From positions 1 to 57,699 of IMG/VR virus record IMGVR_UViG_3300047547_000110: 57,699 bases of DNA. One strand, 5' to 3'. The translations under genes were made by a program, and so were the position numbers. The DNA is from a virus. Its lineage: Duplodnaviria; Caudoviricetes. Shown here piece after piece: positions 56,179-57,699 of the stretch (position 1 is its first letter; each line of letters starts with the position of its first letter). The notes beneath the pieces were generated by a model. That model searched no databases. It was not told the origin of the DNA and saw nothing but the letters and a program-made list of their open reading frames with translations.

Positions 56179-56639
56179 TGAACGAGCAGCCTATCAAGCG
56201 GACGCAGGAGGAGTGGGATAACTTCTTCCTGCGGTTCGCCCGCGACATCGCGAGCATGTCCAAGGACCCTGATCGCCAAGTCGGCGCGGTCGTGGTCACG
56301 CCTGATCGGCGGCAACTGTCTCTCGGCTACAACGGCTTCCCGCCGGGAGTCGAGGACCTGCCGTCACTCCTGGCCGACCGCGACTTCAAGCTGGCGAACA
56401 TGGTGCATGCTGAGGTCAACTGCCTCAGGCAGGCTCCTTTCGAGTTGGTGGGCTGCTCGATGTATGTCACCCGCTTCCCTTGCCACCACTGTGCTGAGAA
56501 GATCGTGGCAGCCCGTATCCATCGCGTGGTTGCTCCTGCCCCTGACTTCGGCCATGCGCGGTGGGGACAATCCTGGCGTCAATCAGCGGAGTCTCTAGAG
56601 TCCGCTGGTATCGCCATCACCCTCTACAAAGGAGAATAG
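56175..56639 (+). CDS. dCMP deaminase
   Basis: SKDP..QVGA, GYNGFP, HAE, PC..C. Confidence 0.92.
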   Translation: MMNEQPIKRTQEEWDNFFLRFARDIASMSKDPDRQVGAVVVTPDRRQLSLGYNGFPPGVEDLPSLLADRDFKLANMVHAEVNCLRQAPFELVGCSMYVTRFPCHHCAEKIVAARIHRVVAPAPDFGHARWGQSWRQSAESLESAGIAITLYKGE

Positions 56640-56640
56640 T

Positions 56641-57108
56641 ATGAGACTGCTGCTAGCCAGCTCGGCTGACGGGTATCTAGCCCGTGGCCCTGAAGATGGC
56701 ATGAAGTGGACGGGCCCCATCGACAAAGCGGTGTTCCGTCTGCTCACCCTGTCCAACGGGAATGATGTGCTGCTTGCCGGCTCCCGCACCTTCGATCAGA
56801 TGCCCAAGCTGCCTGGTCGGCGGATGGAGCGCCTGTCGCGTGGCCCGAATGGCCTAACCCTGGCGGATGCTGCCGCTCGATGGCCTGACGCCTGGCTGAT
56901 CGGCGGACCTGAGGTCTCGGTCGAGGCCTTGCGCCTGGGTCTTGTCACACGGGCATTCATTTGCATCTCGCAGGCCGAGTTGCGCGAGGGCATCCATGCT
57001 CAGGAGCTCTCAGCTTTGCTGCCGCATGAAGACTCAGCCTACACCATCAAGGTGGGAGACGTCCAGGTCAAGGTCTTCACGGAGGGCCAGAAGTGGCCCG
57101 TGAAGTAA
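56641..57108 (+). CDS. Dihydrofolate reductase-like protein
   Basis: W...D...F..LT, G.RT, LPGR, IGG motifs. Confidence 0.8.
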   Translation: MRLLLASSADGYLARGPEDGMKWTGPIDKAVFRLLTLSNGNDVLLAGSRTFDQMPKLPGRRMERLSRGPNGLTLADAAARWPDAWLIGGPEVSVEALRLGLVTRAFICISQAELREGIHAQELSALLPHEDSAYTIKVGDVQVKVFTEGQKWPVK

Positions 57109-57527
57109 GGCTATGGGAATGGCTGCGCGATGGACTGCGCGGCACCGAAGGCCTACACATGCGGCGGGTGGAGAACCTTGTGAGCGAAGGCGATCCAGAC
57201 GTTGACGGGTGTTGGCAAGGCCGGTATTTTGAGCTCGAGCTCAAGGGATGTGACCGGCCGGCGAAAGACGGGTCTCTGAGCTTTGACGTCCGCCAGTCGC
57301 AAGTCATCTGGCATCGCAGGCGCTGGAAGTGCGGCGGCAACATCTGGCTCTATATAAGAGTGGGTAAGGGGCGGGAGGTTCGGCGGTACCTGGTACCTGG
57401 AAACCTGACCGGGCGTGTGCAGGAAGGAGTGACTGAGGCCGAGCTAGCTCGCATGTCTATCCTCCCGCCTGGTCATACGGCTGCCGAGCTCCTAGCTCAA
57501 GCGGTAGACACTTCCAGCCTTAGATAG
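57093..57527 (+). CDS. VRR-NUC / Holliday-junction-resolvase-like nuclease
   Basis: G.PD...ELELK...Q..W PD-(D/E)XK pattern. Confidence 0.8.
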   Translation: MAREVRLWEWLRDGLRGTEGLHMRRVENLVSEGDPDVDGCWQGRYFELELKGCDRPAKDGSLSFDVRQSQVIWHRRRWKCGGNIWLYIRVGKGREVRRYLVPGNLTGRVQEGVTEAELARMSILPPGHTAAELLAQAVDTSSLR

Positions 57528-57699
57528 CTGGAAGCTATAAGGGCCCTTCGGGGCCCTTTTTCTATTGCCCTAAAAAAAAAGTTGCTGGAGGGGGCTCCCA
57601 ACGGTCGAAAACCCCCTTATAATCATCCCATACCAACCAAACATTGGAGAATAAACATGACGACCATCGCCAACACCATCCGCGCCGCCCTCGCTGCCG
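57517..57699. repeat. Terminal direct repeat / circular assembly overlap, right copy
   Basis: Matches 1-182. Confidence 0.95.

Noticed and set aside
57517-57699. End repeat as a proven physical terminal repeat
   Set aside because: It ends mid-gene and differs only in a homopolymer, so an assembly overlap explains it equally well; read data are needed

Overview
The window is an essentially complete, GC-rich, long-tailed (siphovirus-type) dsDNA phage genome of about 57.5 kb. Bases 1-182 recur at 57517-57699 with a one-base poly-A difference, so the ends are either an assembly overlap or a short terminal repeat. The tail-tip genes and two-component spanin suggest a Gram-negative proteobacterial host, possibly Pseudomonas-like (inference). 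The minus strand carries TerS/TerL, portal, head, tail and lysis genes, interrupted by a class Ia ribonucleotide reductase/DNA ligase block and by a small plus-strand early block. The plus strand carries early genes and a replication arm: DUF2800 Cas4-like exonuclease, DUF2815 SSB, HNH nuclease, family A polymerase, SNF2 helicase and VRR-NUC nuclease. A primase-polymerase/helicase lies on the minus strand. I recognised no integrase, CRISPR array or rRNA. Most notable: (1) a thymidylate-synthase homologue with the dCMP-specificity Asp in place of the dUMP-specific Asn, clustered with a MazG-like fusion, dCMP deaminase and DHFR, pointing to a 5-methyl-dCMP pathway; (2) a promoter- and terminator-bounded ~480-nt non-coding unit after terL holding an atypical cloverleaf, an ACCA-ended minihelix, an initiator tRNA, further hairpins and a segment antisense to phage ribosome-binding leaders; (3) two 118-bp, 71%-identical, IHF-site-centred non-coding elements in inverted orientation about 14.7 kb apart. 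All calls come from manual motif reading; no database searches were run.
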